A stretch of DNA of 64,000 nucleotides from Tubiluchus corallicola (Eukaryota > Animalia > Priapulida). The translations under genes and the position numbers were made by a program. Shown piece after piece: positions 25,365 through 40,140 of the stretch. Where the stretch lies: NCBI GenBank assembly GCA_030141605.1, contig JAQGDQ010000075.1:1-64000 (forward strand), written 5' to 3'. The notes under the pieces are model-generated. The model was not told the origin of the DNA, ran no database searches, and saw only the letters and a program-made list of their open reading frames with translations. Positions within the stretch are counted from its first letter, which is position 1. Each line of letters starts with the position of its first letter.

Positions 25365-28300
25365 AGGGAATCCTGGTCTCCCTGACCGGCGAAACTAAGA
25401 TGATACATTATCCTCTTTACTGACATTGTGGTAACTCAGCTTTTAATAGGAAACCCAATCTTTCCTGCGTCGGGCCAGTGTTTCCCTAACAATCTATTTG
25501 GAGGTTCGAGCAATGTCGATTATGTAAACTCGGCAGTCAAGTATCCAAACTACCCATGCGATTGAGGAAGCTGACTGAAGCCCTTCCAAGTATCAATAAC
25601 ACTACAGATTGTATATAGATAATCCTGATGCCACCGTTTGCCCTACTTGGTGCACTTAAGTGCTAAAGGATCGACCAAGGAGATTAAATGGGATGACACA
25701 AAATGCTTCTTTCCGGGATCTACACGACTTGAGAATCCTCTTAGTAGTGTTTTTTCAGCTGTGTAGAGATGAGCAGCCAGTGATATGCGAGCAGTCCTTC
25801 TGCTACCTCCTCTAGGCATTTAGATCACTGCGTGGGCTCAGACAGAAGAGCGAAGATGCGTCTGATGCGCTAGAGTTGCTATCTCTGTTATCTGCTCGGC
25901 TCTGGACCTCTGAATGGTTGAGTCGTATCATGACACCGCCCATCGCAGCTCATCTGTTGATGTTATAGGTAGTCTCGCAGCTCATCACTGACAGTGAGAT
26001 AGTCTTCCATGAACCATGCTAGAAAAGTTAGTTTGTTATGTAGGGTGAGTGAAAGACAAAAATTATGTCAGGCTCTTGCTCGTCAGTGATAGCCGGTGTC
26101 ACAGGTGGCACGGCAGTGAGTGGTTAAAAAATAAAAGCTGAGATAGGCATCAACCAATAAGCTTAAACGCAAAACCAGCAATTCAGTGCAAGTGGTTTTA
26201 TTTTCTGATTCTGATTCTTCGTTATCACTTTGTTGTTATGTTTAAATTTTACTGCTCTTTTAATTAACTATGAAGAAAGAAAATTAGTTTATATTTTAGT
26301 CTGGTTTTCAATTTTAAATACAGAAACAAATGAATTAATGAATAAATGAGTGAATGAATGAATACACGAAAGGTTGAATAAATAAATTTATGAATGTGTG
26401 AATGCAACAAAGAGTGTTATGAAAAAAAGACGATTTGAAAAAATCGACTGTAGGTTTACACATATAGGATCTAATAAAACCAATTGACACAGAAACGACC
26501 AAATTTCGTTAGGCCTACTTACATCGATTGTAACTAATAGTTTCAAAATTTATGTTGCTAATTCAAAAGGATCGTAGAGCTGGTAATTAAAACGTTTTTA
26601 ATAAATAACTGTCTCTTTTGAAAACATCGACTTCCAGTGGACTTTAGACTTTTCAACGTGTATCTCAGCTTGAGTAAACTTAAACAAACGGCGTTTTGCA
26701 CAGTGGTGCAAGACTGCACACACACTGGAAAATATTTGTCAATGGCGCTAAGAAAAAATCATCAATAAAGTATCTGGCGGTTACTGTGAACAAAAGTGGT
26801 TCCCTGTCCACCACCTGCACATAAGCATATTGTCCTGGCATTATGCTTTCTCGCGGGCTCCCTTTCTAACGTTTTGTCTGCTAGCCTTCCAATATTGCTT
26901 GCACTTATCTTGCTCCATTAATGTGGCCAAGTCGCTCCATTTATACGCCATTTAACTGCGCCGAGGGACGAAAACTGTTTCGCTATTAAACTACTGGCAA
27001 ACTGATACACAAAAAATAGCTAAACCCTCACTTTTGTCATGGAAATAGCTGCGAGCTATTCCGCTCTAGCGGGCGTTACTCTATCCTCGTATTATATGCG
27101 CTTTTATACATTATACACAGGCGTTAATTTTTTGTTTAACTGAATGCATTTAGGACTATAGAAGAAGCATGATGAATTGGGTGTTTTTTGCACTGGACAG
27201 GTTTGAGGTGTTGTATTCTCTGCGTCGTAACTTAAGGCCTATTGTGGGACCACGTTATCGATGCTTGTGTCTATATTGAAAACAAACTCTGAAGGAAGTG
27301 TTTGTCTATAATGCGGCGTGTACTTTTTATTACCCAGAAAGCAAGGACAAAACTGAAAATCTGAAAAAGAAATTAGAAAGCAATTTGTTCACGATAATGA
27401 TCATTACCATCGCTACCATTATCATCATTTTCATCATCAATTTTTTTTATGTTTTCATATTATTGATGTAATAAGATAATTAGTGGGACAGACTTACCAA
27501 CTATATTACTACTGGTCTTGTTTTCCAGTATGACATAGGATTTGAAAGTTTAATTTGGCTAAACTTATTACTTTACTGGGCTCAATTGATGAGGTTTCTG
27601 AGCCTTTTAAGGAACAAGATAGTTTTGAGTATATTTTAGTTCGTGTTGGAAGGTATAGATCCTGGGTAATTAGTCTTAGATAATGCAAGTGCAAGTAATT
27701 CGGTTGACTGTCACTAAGAGATAAAGAACATGTTTTGATACACGATCCTTTTCGTACATCAGCTGTTGGCCTAATCTGTCAATAAAATTATATCGGCTTT
27801 GAAGCTTTTGACACGCTCGAGCCATGTTTGTTTTATCAAACAACTACCAAGCAAATTCATGTCGTAATCCTCCTCCCCTCCCTCTTTTGACTACCATGTC
27901 TATTTGCCTAAGATAAAAGAGAATTATGAGTGCTAAAAACATCTGCCTGTTGGTGGCCATTGTTTGCCGACCAGCACACGCCAGTGGTTCGATGGCGGGC
28001 TGTGGCACGCGCCGAACTGATAGGATATGTATTGATCTTTGATCAGAAGAGATTGAACATGTGTATTGATTTTAAAGATATCCTAGAGCAAATATAAGAC
28101 CCGATCGAAGTGAGATTGCAAAAGAGCAGACATAGAAATAGGCCCCGTGTCTGTGTTTGTGCATTATACTTACTACGTTTTGGCTAAGTACAAGTCTTGC
28201 TAATTTGATTTATGCAGGTCAGTCTGTAATAAAGCAACATTTCTTACTTATATTGATTCAGTACACGCAAAGTAGTTAAAAAGTAAAACAGCCAAACAGC

Positions 28301-31300
28301 CATGCTCCGTTGAGAAAATTCATTTATATTTTATATAAAATTATATACGTATACATATATATATAAATTCTGTTGTTTTGCAATAGAGCACCTGCATGGT
28401 GTAGACATTAAAATTAGTGTTTCCCACGATTTTTATTTTGGTAAAGAAAGTAAAACTTAAAATTTAATTTTTTCTGGTAAAATTTTCACGCTTTCCCAGT
28501 CTTTTTAGAATCTGTAATCACAAAAATTTTGAAAGCTTGAGACAATAAAAAACAAGTAGTCAATGCGGAACTTGTCCGTTAGACTTCAGTTGTTTTGTTT
28601 TAAATTTATATCTCTAGTGAAGCTCTATATTCTTAGGGTTCAAAAGAAAGAATCAAATAATTTATATTTGCTTTGTGTTGGGCGTTTTTGTGGCGTGTCA
28701 CGGTCCTTGTGACAGAGCAAGGGCGATGATGATGTTCATGTTATGAACGTGTGCCTTGCGTCATGCCCTATTGTTAGCAACAATAGCAGGCCGCCTTTAA
28801 AACCACTTCTGTTAATGATGGCAATATTGGCAGAAATCATTAGAACATAATGATAACCACAATTAGAGGCGAGTGTCGTAGCAGTCATGACCCAATAAGA
28901 GACGCAACCTTGCTTGTTATTGACATGTCAAATCTTAATTAGTGGCGGATCCATGAAGGGTAGTTTTATTTCCAAGCAAACCAAAATGAAATAAATATAT
29001 TAATAATAACATTTAATGTTTAGAAATACTATAAAATAACCATTATTTTGCGCCAATAATTACAAAAAGATTAAGCGTAATTATATCATCGATTACTGGA
29101 AATTTTAATCCAGTTTTATTTCTTTAATATCTGCAAGCCTATTGTTTTAAAAAATGTATAGGTTAGTTTACACTTTGATTTTATCATTTTGAGCAAATGA
29201 TCAAATGTTTATTTTGTTGAGATGCTGTGAAGTACAAACTATAGGACTGTATTTCTAATTAACAACTAATGAGAACGGAAATATACAACCCCGTAACTCA
29301 ACACCTCAACGTTTTTTTCGTGAGCTTGTTATGTTAACTGTATGTCAATTACATATATCACACATTGTTGATTAGTTCTTTATGCTAATTTCATAAATTT
29401 ACTCAAAACAATTGATTCGCCATGTGATTCATGATTAAGGAAGGCATAAGCATCAAGGTGAGTTGTTGTTGTTAATTAATACACTTAATCGATGAGTGAA
29501 ACCACTCACAGGCACTCCCACTGTTCCCACACTTACCTACATCGTCCCATCGCGTGACTCAAAGCGGATATAGGCCCGAAGCACTTACTCCATTATCCCG
29601 GTCACGTGACCAAGCCAGGTAAAGCAATTGCGTCATCGAAATTGGTGCAAATTACTTGATAATTGATGTCATCGGCTGAGTAGTGCAGTTAAAATAAATT
29701 CAACTTGAATTGTGAACCTATTGATTTATAAGTGGTTGCACTTTCAATTTACGCACACCCTTACAACTGCTGATCTCACAGAAAGGTTCCAGTAATTTTA
29801 TTCTATATTGATTTAATGCTTGTATAACTAAATATTGGTAATACTGCTACTGCTTTTTCGCTTTCTATCTATACCGACTCAGCCACCAGGCCGACTGAAT
29901 TGCCCGTAAATTACTGGCTTCTTTTATCTTCATTAAAACTATCAAGTCAATAGCGGAGACCTTCTTTTCATTTCCTGTCGTCAGTGTCATCACCGTTTTG
30001 ATCATAGTGAAGATGTAGCTCATTAAACACACAGAATGCGGTAATCTGTCTAGCTGTCTCTTTTAATGACACAGCTGTTGTATGGGTAAAGCAGAACCTA
30101 GGTTCACTAGATGGTATGCCGGTTAGCTAATCACAGCTTATTGCTACTTGTGCTTTGAGTTTGGCAGAAATTCTGAAATTAAGTGAGATTAACGAGAAAT
30201 AGTGAAAATGTGCATTAAAATCGTGTGTCACTAGATTGTAGCCCGCGTTGTTGTTTTTGCACTCAATAATGATTTTACAATCTTGTGATATTATCTTGTT
30301 TTTTTATATGTTTGAATTTACTTTAAATACTTTATTTATTTATTTATTATTTGTTTATTAATTTGATGTTCTTCTTTTCATACGTTATCGCCCCTTTTTT
30401 CCTCTCTTCCTTCTTGTTTGTTTTTTCCCGTTTCTTCGTTCAACTCATTCATTCATTCATTTCTATGCAATTGAACACATTGCTAATCGGTCTTCAGTTC
30501 TTAAAGGATGGCTTACTAATGCTAATGGTTGAAACAGGAACAAGGTGAGTGTAATTGAGTGGTAATCATGTTTGCATAGCAACAGAGATTAAGCTATACC
30601 AATTCAGGCCAGTATATGGATGGACACGCTACCAGAGAAACTGCTTCTGAGTGTTTTTATGTCACAGTGGCTTCGCTTATTTACCTTGAAGGGGGAGAAT
30701 TAGCACGCAATAACTGTGCCCCTCAATGTGGCTAAAAAATTTAGACGATTATCATTTACGTTCCAGTTCTTCCATTTACATTAAGTCGGTTTTTCCATTG
30801 CGTTGTGAATACCGGCTTACAGTGTGCCAAACTGTATAAAAAGGGCGGAAGCTTAACTCAAGAATATTTCTTTCAAATGAAACACTGAACTGAACTGCAT
30901 ATTTTATTAAATATTATCCAAATATAATATTTATAATATTGTATTACGCATAATATTATACATGAATTTTTTTCTCGAAGAAATGATCAACCGAGTTCAT
31001 TTACTAGTGTGTTTTATTAGCCAGATCCAGCTGTATTTCACTGACTACACGAACACATAAGTAGCTAGTTATCTATTCATCTAAATTAGTATAAGCTGCT
31101 GATACTAATTTTTCGCGCTCTCCACCGAATGCTTTATTCTTCCATCTTTTTTCTTTCTTTTCTTGAAATCAGCAACAGAAAAACCTCTGTGCATAAGCTT
31201 GCAATTTACGCTTCAAACGTATGATTACCTGATGATCAACTACTTGTTTGTTTAATTACGAGAAGAGGCGCTTAATTACCGCTCCGGGAAGAAGCTGATT

Positions 31301-32292
31301 GCCTAGGCGACAATAGCCGAGGATAATGAATCACCAGAGCTGATGTCAGCAACGTCTACATTAGCTGAAGCCAGGTAGGTAGTTTAGTAGTGATTTATGT
31401 GCTTGTCTACCATGTTATCAGTCTTAACAACACCTGATTAAGTCATCCCAGTGCATCATAATTACGTCGGATTTTAAACTGTTATTCTGTCGTTAATGCC
31501 AGCGCCGTGAAGTAGAGGTTTACATTGTCATCGCCATTTTAGAAGCTGATCTTCCCAAATTTGAACAAGGACGTTGCCTAAATATCGCCCCTCCCCCACC
31601 ACAATCAGGAATTGACAAGAAAAATCAAGAAAAATATTTGATTAATTTTCGAATGAAAGAGAGAAGAGTGCGAGATGAAGTAAATGTTAACGCCACTGGA
31701 GGCGCACCTCCTTCTTATTCATGAAATCCACTCCTTCAGTAAGTGAATAATGGGCGCTTGGGGAAAGATAGGATAATGGTTAGCGATTAAGATTCTATTG
31801 CCATTCAATGATGCGTTAATCTCCAAGTTAACTAATTGCATCTTAAATTAATGCACTGATGGGCGTGCATAGGCAAGGAGTTTGACTTTCAGTCTAGCAT
31901 ATTCCAGGTGTAAGTTCACCACATGACATTTCTCTTATGATAACTGATTTGTATTTGGGTCTAATGTGGTATAGAAAATAGGGGGAGTAGCGTGAATACT
32001 AGTCCAGAGAACTCCAGGTATACTGAGTATCTTTTCTCTATAAATGTAGTTGTTGACATCTATCTTTGGAAATTTTTTTTGCATCTCGCCTCTTTAGCCG
32101 TAAAGATGCTTATGGGGTAATAATGGCGGTATTTTTTTCCCAAAATCAAACTCACTTATCATTATAGAGAACAAACCTTCTTTGTTAGAGGTCCAAATAA
32201 AAAAAATTATCTAACAAATAGTAAAACGTGTATCAAGTTGAGACGGCATGCTGACAATTTTTACTGATATTTTAGCTGTCTTTACAGGGAAG

Positions 32293-32460
32293 GCTCGGCG
32301 GTTTAGCGATACGGCGTAAAACCTTGGCTGCCGATCCAGCGATTGTGGATTCAAATGCCACAAATGTCGGGGTTTCCTTTTATTGAACACCTGGTCAAGT
32401 ATTGAGAAAAGAAAGGCAGCCGAGCAATGAGCTAGTCACCTGTCCTCCTTATATGCGGAG
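32293..32460 (+). mobile_element. Possible decayed tRNA-derived SINE
   Basis: B-box-like GGATTCAAATGCC inside a T-arm-like stem (GTGG..CCAC), a weak A-box-like sequence upstream and a purine-rich body downstream. Confidence 0.3.
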
Positions 32461-33682
32461 GTTTACGAAAATAGATGCGGTATCGATTTAGCGTCAGGAC
32501 AGCGGCCTTTCTTCTTCTTCTTTTTCTTCTATAATTCCCTACATAGCTAACTAAACAGCAAAACTAACCACATTAACCAAAAATGCGGTGTTAGTTTATT
32601 ATTAATTCCTATGAAAGGAAAACGATGTACAGCTACTCCTGCGGGACTCGACGTGGGACGGTCTGCCTGCAAACCTGTTGATGTTCATATCGTCAAAAAT
32701 TCGCTTAATTCTATTTTGAAATCTGCATGATGACAGCGTTTTGAACGCTATAATCATGGATACGCCACGTGGATTTAATACACAGCAGTTATTACTGAAA
32801 CTCTTACGTCATATTATAGATTCTCTTGTGAATCGCGCCGCACGATTTTCGCAATTTCTCTTCGGGAGAGATTTCGCAAAAACATTTTAACGTAACGTGT
32901 TTCATCCACTGTTGATCTCATCTTGCAAGCACAATGCTTTTGATATATAAATTGCTAAGACACAATCCAATATTTGCCGTTCGCCGCTTTGCCCCGCAGG
33001 TGTTATGGCAGCGGCGCGTTCTAATTCCACTATTGATACCTGCTTTGTGCTAAATCTCTGCACGATTTACTGTCCGCGCCGTGATATCTCATGCACAAAT
33101 TCTATTTCCTGAGTTAAATTTCTGCCAATGTTATTATCGCCTAAGCTAGTAAGGAAAACAACTTGTAATGTACGATCCGCGGTTTGGCGCAAAATGGGAA
33201 GATACAGTAGGGCGGAAATTGAATCAGTGCGGCTCCTGGGAGATTTCTTAGACACCGACAAGACATAGAATATTAGCACTGGAGCATCAAGCTTACGTGT
33301 CGTACACCCTGTCTTAGTTCCTCCCCTCAATATAATGGACTTTCTCGTCTGAGTTGTGAACACTCTTTACGAGCACAGAGCTGATAACTCCTCCTGAGAG
33401 GTTTCCCTCCTCCTCTGCTCGGCTTTACCACTGATGTCTGAAGCACTTGTGTGTCTTCAACAATTTAACCAAGCTAGGTTTGATATTGAATGATAATTGA
33501 CTTGTGGATGATAATCGACTGAGAAGATATTCAATGGCTTCCTAATTTGCGTATGTCATCATGCAGTTGCTGGAGCCGAAAGAAGGTTCAGTCCTAAATT
33601 CCTCCTAATTCTAGGTTGCTGAGTGGGCGCTGTTGGATTGTGCGTTATAAGGATAAGAATTCAGGCCCTGCTGTGTCGTCCT

Positions 33683-33754
33683 GAGCTTGTAGTTCAAATG
33701 GCAGAACATTATAATACTAATGGCAAGGTTTCGAGTTCAAGGCTCGACTGGCTA
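33683..33754 (+). pseudogene. tRNA-like sequence (tRNA pseudogene or SINE head)
   Basis: D-arm GTTC-aaatggca-GAAC with A box and T-arm TCGAG-ttcaagg-CTCGA with B box. The acceptor stem has two mismatches and the anticodon arm does not pair canonically. Confidence 0.6.
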
Positions 33755-36700
33755 ACAATTTTTCAGTGTCTCCGTTCTTTCTTCAACTCATTAGTGGTTA
33801 AGTTAATAATTGTCGAGACATAAACCGCAATGGTTTATTAATTTCTGGCGATCACAGTCAAATTCTAAGTGGATGTACATTTTTCAAAAATTAAGGACCG
33901 ACCTAGAGTCCAAGAAGTGTCAGCATCTCCAAGACACAAATTGTGCTTTCAGCTACGAAATCATAGTTTGTTAGCGCTCAGGTTCAGTGATATAGGTACA
34001 TAAAACAGTAACTGTTAGTTAGGATAAAGTACATGAAGAGCATTTTCAATAGATATTATAATTTGCATATCAAGTGACTCAATTATTCCCGCTGGTCTAT
34101 GTCAATTTACATGTTTAAAAGCGCTGATCTATGTAGGATACAAGTTTTTCATTTCATATAGGCTTTTCATAGGCATTTCATTATGTAAGTTAATAATGAA
34201 ACTATGCCGTCTAACGTCTACTCTAAATGCTTTCTCTGCTTAAATGCTAAAATTATTGTTTTATGCCAGTGTCCCCACAACTTTTTCTGGTATTAGAAGA
34301 AATTTCGATTAAATCATTTTCCCAACTGTTCATTCACGCGTGACTTCGATGATTCATTGTTAGTATTAGTGTAAAGTTGCCTCACAGATTATCAGTATTG
34401 CACTGAATTAACCGACTTTGATTAAAACGTGAGCAAGGTAAATTCTTCTGACATCCCACACAAGAAGGGGCACCGTTTGCGTGATCCCAGGTAGATAGAA
34501 AAAACTTTCTCATGATCTTTTCAACTCGTTAATTTTCATCGCGATTCTAGAATTTGTTTACAAACAAGTCGTAATACCACCTGCTTAAGACATACACAAA
34601 CTAAGAATCGTGGTGTTACGAAAGCATATTGCTGTATTATCTCTCTCATGTGTGTAGATGTAGAGAAACAGTCTTGATTCTGAAAGAGTGCTGTGAATTT
34701 TGATTAACTTAATTTAAGCATTTGAAATTAGAGGGTAAGATATTTTTAGCTTCTTAAAATTTGGTGCTTATTATAATTTCTTAAAAGTATGCATATTTAT
34801 TGCGAAAAAGCGCTTTTTATCTTTAGGTGGCATTTGATCGTATTGCTAATAGTTAGGCATTTCTTTGGGACGTTTAAGTCTTCCTATGGAATTTAGAAAC
34901 CAATTAATCGTTTTCCACTCGAGACAACTCAAATAGGCAAAACTGTTCAGTTCGCCAGAGGTTTGCGTATAAAAATAATATTATAGTGAGGAGCTAATAT
35001 ATAAGTCTGGCGATTATGGCATTTATAATTTTTATATTGTCACTTATTTTATATTTTTAGCATTTTCTCTATAATTTAAACCGTAATACCAGTGGATTTT
35101 AAACAATATTGTTCCCTGCACGCTAAATCATATTGGATGAAATGAAAAAAAAGAAGTGCAGTAATTTAGGCAAAAAACTGTCATGCAAAATGCGGTGAAG
35201 CCACACATAATGACGAAGGTGTGCCTACCTGTGGTAATAATTCACTCCTGATTTTCTCACCTGCCTCTTCAGGTGGCCGTTAATTAATTTTACCTGGGAT
35301 TACCGTAGTAACACAAACAGTTTTATAAGTCTGCTGTGATTTCTTCTGATCAGATAATGATTCATGTTAAGACATGGATTTTATTTGCAGACAGGTGTTC
35401 CCTTATTGTATTTGATCAATCAGTGACACGAATTTTGAAATTACTAGAGCAGGTGAAAGATAATGAATGTAGTTATTAATTCGATGCTGCAAAAATTCGC
35501 ATAATTTTGCTAACAAAAATTCACATTTTTATGTAAAAACGTATTTGATGCTGCTTTAGTTATCAAACTTTAGAAGTAGCATAAATGCTAATAAAATGAT
35601 GCAAGTGTGTATGTTTTAAATAAAATAGTTCAAATAAATAATAAAGATGATGATTCAGAATTTTTGTTCAGTCTGAATCACAATGTACCTGAGGTTATGA
35701 TCTTATGATAGCAGCAGTGCTGCCATGTGAATACGGTTAGCCTTGTATAAGTTACTTCATTATAAAAATTAAAGGAGCTGAAAACTCAAGAGAATAATAA
35801 TATTCGGGGTCGTCTGTTTGATAAGGATTTCGTTCAAAAAATCCACTACCTATCGTAATTAAGTTTTGTAGATAAATTTAAGGGCTTATGATAACATTTG
35901 ACTATAAAGTCCACTGTCTAATTATAATTTTATCCAACTTCAATCTAAACCCATATGGTGAGGGCTGAAAATTATTGGTTTATTCTGGCATGCAGTTGTA
36001 CGGTTTCAGAAACTTTGCGTTATATGCTACGATAGGCCAAAGTTATTTTCGTTTCACACGCCAAGTTGCTAGTCAAGTATTTGCTAAAATCTGTGCTAAA
36101 GTAAAGGACGATGACTGAGCTGTCGCTATTTACCTATGTAAATGAAGTTTAACTAAATGTCTGCCTGTAAAAATAGCGGTTTCTGTGCGGTAAACAGCCG
36201 GTTCCGTTAGACAACCGTAATGTCCGTTAATTCTGATCTGCTCCAATGCGTCCGGAATCCGCTGAGCGTCCGGAATCGAGCTGAAGTTTTATTATCCACT
36301 CCTAGAATAGTCAATAAAGTTTCGTTCGTAGGTTATTTAGTATATTTGTTAAGCTTTAAGACTTTCTGATGCCTAAATTGAAAGCACAAACCAACTCAAA
36401 AGGCATTTTTGGATTTTGAAAACCACCTATGGTATGGGCGCTTTTTAATTTTTGGATTCATTTGTATAATATAATAACATGTACACAAGACGAACACTGC
36501 ATTGTAATAGTATCATTGTTTCTGGTGTAGCTTGAAATAATAAACATGTCTGGGCAATATGGACAATGGACAATGGACGTTTGCTTGGTCTGCAATGTCC
36601 CTAACTCTGGCGTTATAGACAATAGGTTTCATATACAAACAAAGACCTGCAAGTACATAGTTCAAACATACTATTATGTAAGTATAAGGTACGCTGAACT

Positions 36701-38023
36701 TAGGTAGGTTGGCGTAGTCTGTTTGTTCTCCATCAGGATTTAAGTACTAGATGTTTGCGTAACTGTTCCTTGATCAGGTGCTGCATGCGATTTTAATTAA
36801 AGATCCAACAACAACTTTTACAATGATGTTGTTTCGAATTTACATCTGCAAAATAATTCTCCACTAGAAATTTTCTCCTGAAAAAATGTGCGAGTAATTT
36901 TCATTATCCTTATATAATGGGGGGGGGAAGCTAAATACATTTATTATTGTCAAGCCTAGATCTGCCCCTTTGTGCTTTACAGATATAACAATGTTTAATA
37001 AACTGATTGCGTGGATACTTCCTATCCCATACACAAACTCTTCCTAGTGACCAGAGAAATTAGTTAAACAACACCTCTACAGGATCTCAGTAAATGTTCA
37101 GGTCACTACCCTGAGTTCTCGACAGGTGACTTAGCATAAGTGATAATGGAGTTCAAATTTCTGTTTATAGGTAATAGACACTCTGGGACAGTTCACCTAT
37201 TCTCTGCCCATTGCCCCGTCTTATTCAAGAGAATCGAAAGTTCAGTTGTTACTAATTCCTTGTTAGCTTTGTTATTTTGTTTTCGTTACATATTATATCA
37301 TACTTCGACAAAAAGTGAAAAATATCAAAAACAAAAAGTCTATTTAAGTGTTGTTGCTGCATGTGCCATTCAGAATTAATGGTTTGATAAAATGCATTGA
37401 AAATTATTTTAGTCTATAGCTTTTCTGTCCTGTAATATTTGTAAGAGCACGAATATGCTATTATACGCATTCACGACGCCGAAGTTTAAATTTGCAACTT
37501 ACATGCGTTCCTATTTCATTTTATTTGAATTTTATTGATAACAGAACGTTGTACTGATGTACCTCCAGTGATCTTACAGTACTATGTGAGCTCTTAAATA
37601 TTACTGACTACATTAAATATACATGTAATTATACGCTACCGTAATTTTCATCATATCTCATATAAACTGTGATAAACAATAACAACTAACAGATCTGACT
37701 GTCTATCACTACAATTTTATTAGTTGTATAAAAAACAGGTAATATGCAATTGGATATCAACGCTACATAAAAGTTTTAAGACACCTTAAACGCAAAGCTG
37801 TAAAGCACTCAGATGATGAAAGGTCTGGAACGTGTAAAACTTGTAATTACATGTATTACATGTACATATGTAAATTAATAATTTGTTACTCAACTTGAAT
37901 TAAATGTCAAAAGATGTTTTTTTAAATGCGTTTGATTATACGTCGTTCTTCATCGCATTAATGAGAAAAGCATAAAAAGCGTCACTTACTTGCGTACTCA
38001 TTTACTTCTATCATCAGCCATTT

Positions 38024-38061
<38 letters not shown>

Positions 38062-38070
38062 AACTTACTT
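38024..38070. repeat. (ACTT)n tetranucleotide microsatellite
   Basis: Direct reading. Confidence 0.92.
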
Positions 38071-39699
38071 AATTGTAAACTGGTTAGTATACTCTTCTAC
38101 CTGTATATATGGAAGTTTATTGTCAGATAGGCAGGTTTCACTTAAGCTTGTTTCCTTATTGACACATTATCTGTGCATGTCAGGTAAATTACACAACTTG
38201 GAGTATGAGTGATTCTGTTCTGGGAGCAAAGGTAGAGGGATAGACAAACATTCATTAAGCGAGATAATGAGAAACTGTGCAGCTGTTTTATCATGGAGAG
38301 TATTTGTTCTGTCTTCGATATTACCTTTAGCATGTCATTAGTCATATAGGCTCTGCTATTAATTAGGATATACGCCCCGTATTTTGAAGTGATATAAACA
38401 GAATCTGATAAAAATTATTATCGTGAAGCCAGTGTATTGGCGATAGTAGAAGAAGACGTTGAAAAGGCAAAGAGAGAAATGGAATATGAAAGCAGACAAA
38501 CTTTTATGAAGCGTCGTCGTCATTGCCATTAACATCACCATCATTACCATCATAATTTATAGCAGGAGCATACCTGCAACTGCATTAGTAGAACTGGAAT
38601 GGTACAGCAATAACGATAACTGTATGTATACCCTTCATGGCACTGGCAAAAGCATTGGCAATACTACACAAAAGTAATTATTAAAAGTAAAATTGGTTTG
38701 TGTTGCCTATATGTGGTCTTGTTGCAAATTTCATTGCACCTTCAGCTGAAATATATAATTTTGTGGGCCAGATTGTTTTCCTGGACGTTCTTCCACAAAA
38801 GTGAATTGAATGAAAAGCCAAAAAGAAACAGCTAAGATGCCTCAAAACGTTATAGCCTGATAAGCCACATTACAATTTTCATTTTAAAGTTGCATTATTG
38901 TGATGTCAATTTTAAGTAATTCTGTTGTAAGAAAATCCGAACATGTAATACAAAGTCCATTAAAAGCCTATAAACTAAATTAGGATTAAATTTTCTTTGG
39001 AATATGCTGCAATTATCTGATAACGAGGACAACCTGTTATCAAATTTCTCGTGAGCATAGTGTTTTCTTACGCTTCTTATGTTACGAACTGCCTTCATGT
39101 ATACCGATATAGCTCTAGTCTATGAGTTCAACCCTGCGGCAGACAAAACATCTGATAAATCATGGATATACACGTAGTTAACAAATTGGTTTTATTTTTG
39201 AGAATTCTAGATAATTGTCTAGTTAGGTATGTCCTCTGATAATATGTGCTGTTGGCAGCACCCTGTTTTTGGAGATACCTCTGCCAGGTATCGCCCAAGT
39301 TAAACGAAATACTTTAACCAGCGCTGTCAGCAAACATACAAACGCAGCGGTAAATAGAAATTCAGTCCCACTCGAGAATCTTTTGGTGTCAAAAACAAAC
39401 TATTGTGTTGTACAAACAACCGTGATGCACTCACTGGCTCCAATGATTTACCTATTGGTAAAGGTTCTTCTGTGTTTGTCCGCCAAACTGAGTTTTGGGT
39501 TGATGTTTGGAGCAGTGTCATTTGTCTAGGCACTGACTTTTAACTTTTCAACGGTGGATCTAAAGGTGACTTTAAAAGGCGGATTTAAGATCAATAAAAA
39601 CTGGTTATTTATTTTCATTTCGTTTAATTAGTACCTTAAGCTGCTGTTACTTTTTACCATTGAAGTAAAAATAAATCTAAAAAGTATACCAAAGAAAAT

Positions 39700-40140
39700 T
39701 GATTAAAGAAAATAAACAAATAAAAAACAAAAGCAGGACATTATATAATGAGAAGAGAGAAAGAATCAAGCAAACAATGAAATGGACGAGAAATGAAAAA
39801 AAACGGAAAACGAAAAAGAAAACAGGAAACGAAAGTAAAAGGAATAGAAAAGAAAGAAAATGAAAGGAAAAGAAGGGAAAGGAAAGGGAAGGAAAGGAAA
39901 GAAACATTAAAGAAAAAAGACAAGGCGAGACAATGCATGACATGAAAGGACAGGACAGGCTTGTGACTGGCAGCCCCAAAACACAAGATAGAATAGGAAG
40001 GTACAGGACAGAATAAGAGAAGGGAAAGAAAAGGAAACGAAACAAAGAGGTAGCATGACGTGAAAAATAAAAATGACAAAAAATGAAAAGAAAAACTAAA
40101 AGCTCAAAAAGTAAAGGAAAGAATAAATACAATTGAAAAC
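39700..40140. repeat. Purine-rich low-complexity tract (decayed GAAAG/GACAG-type pentamers)
   Basis: Strong A/G strand bias; explains the Phe/Leu/Ser-rich minus-strand ORFs. Confidence 0.85.

Noticed and set aside
36248-36285. Direct repeat GCGTCCGGAATC x2
   Set aside because: Only two copies with a 6-nt spacer; not CRISPR-like, and probably a transposon remnant.
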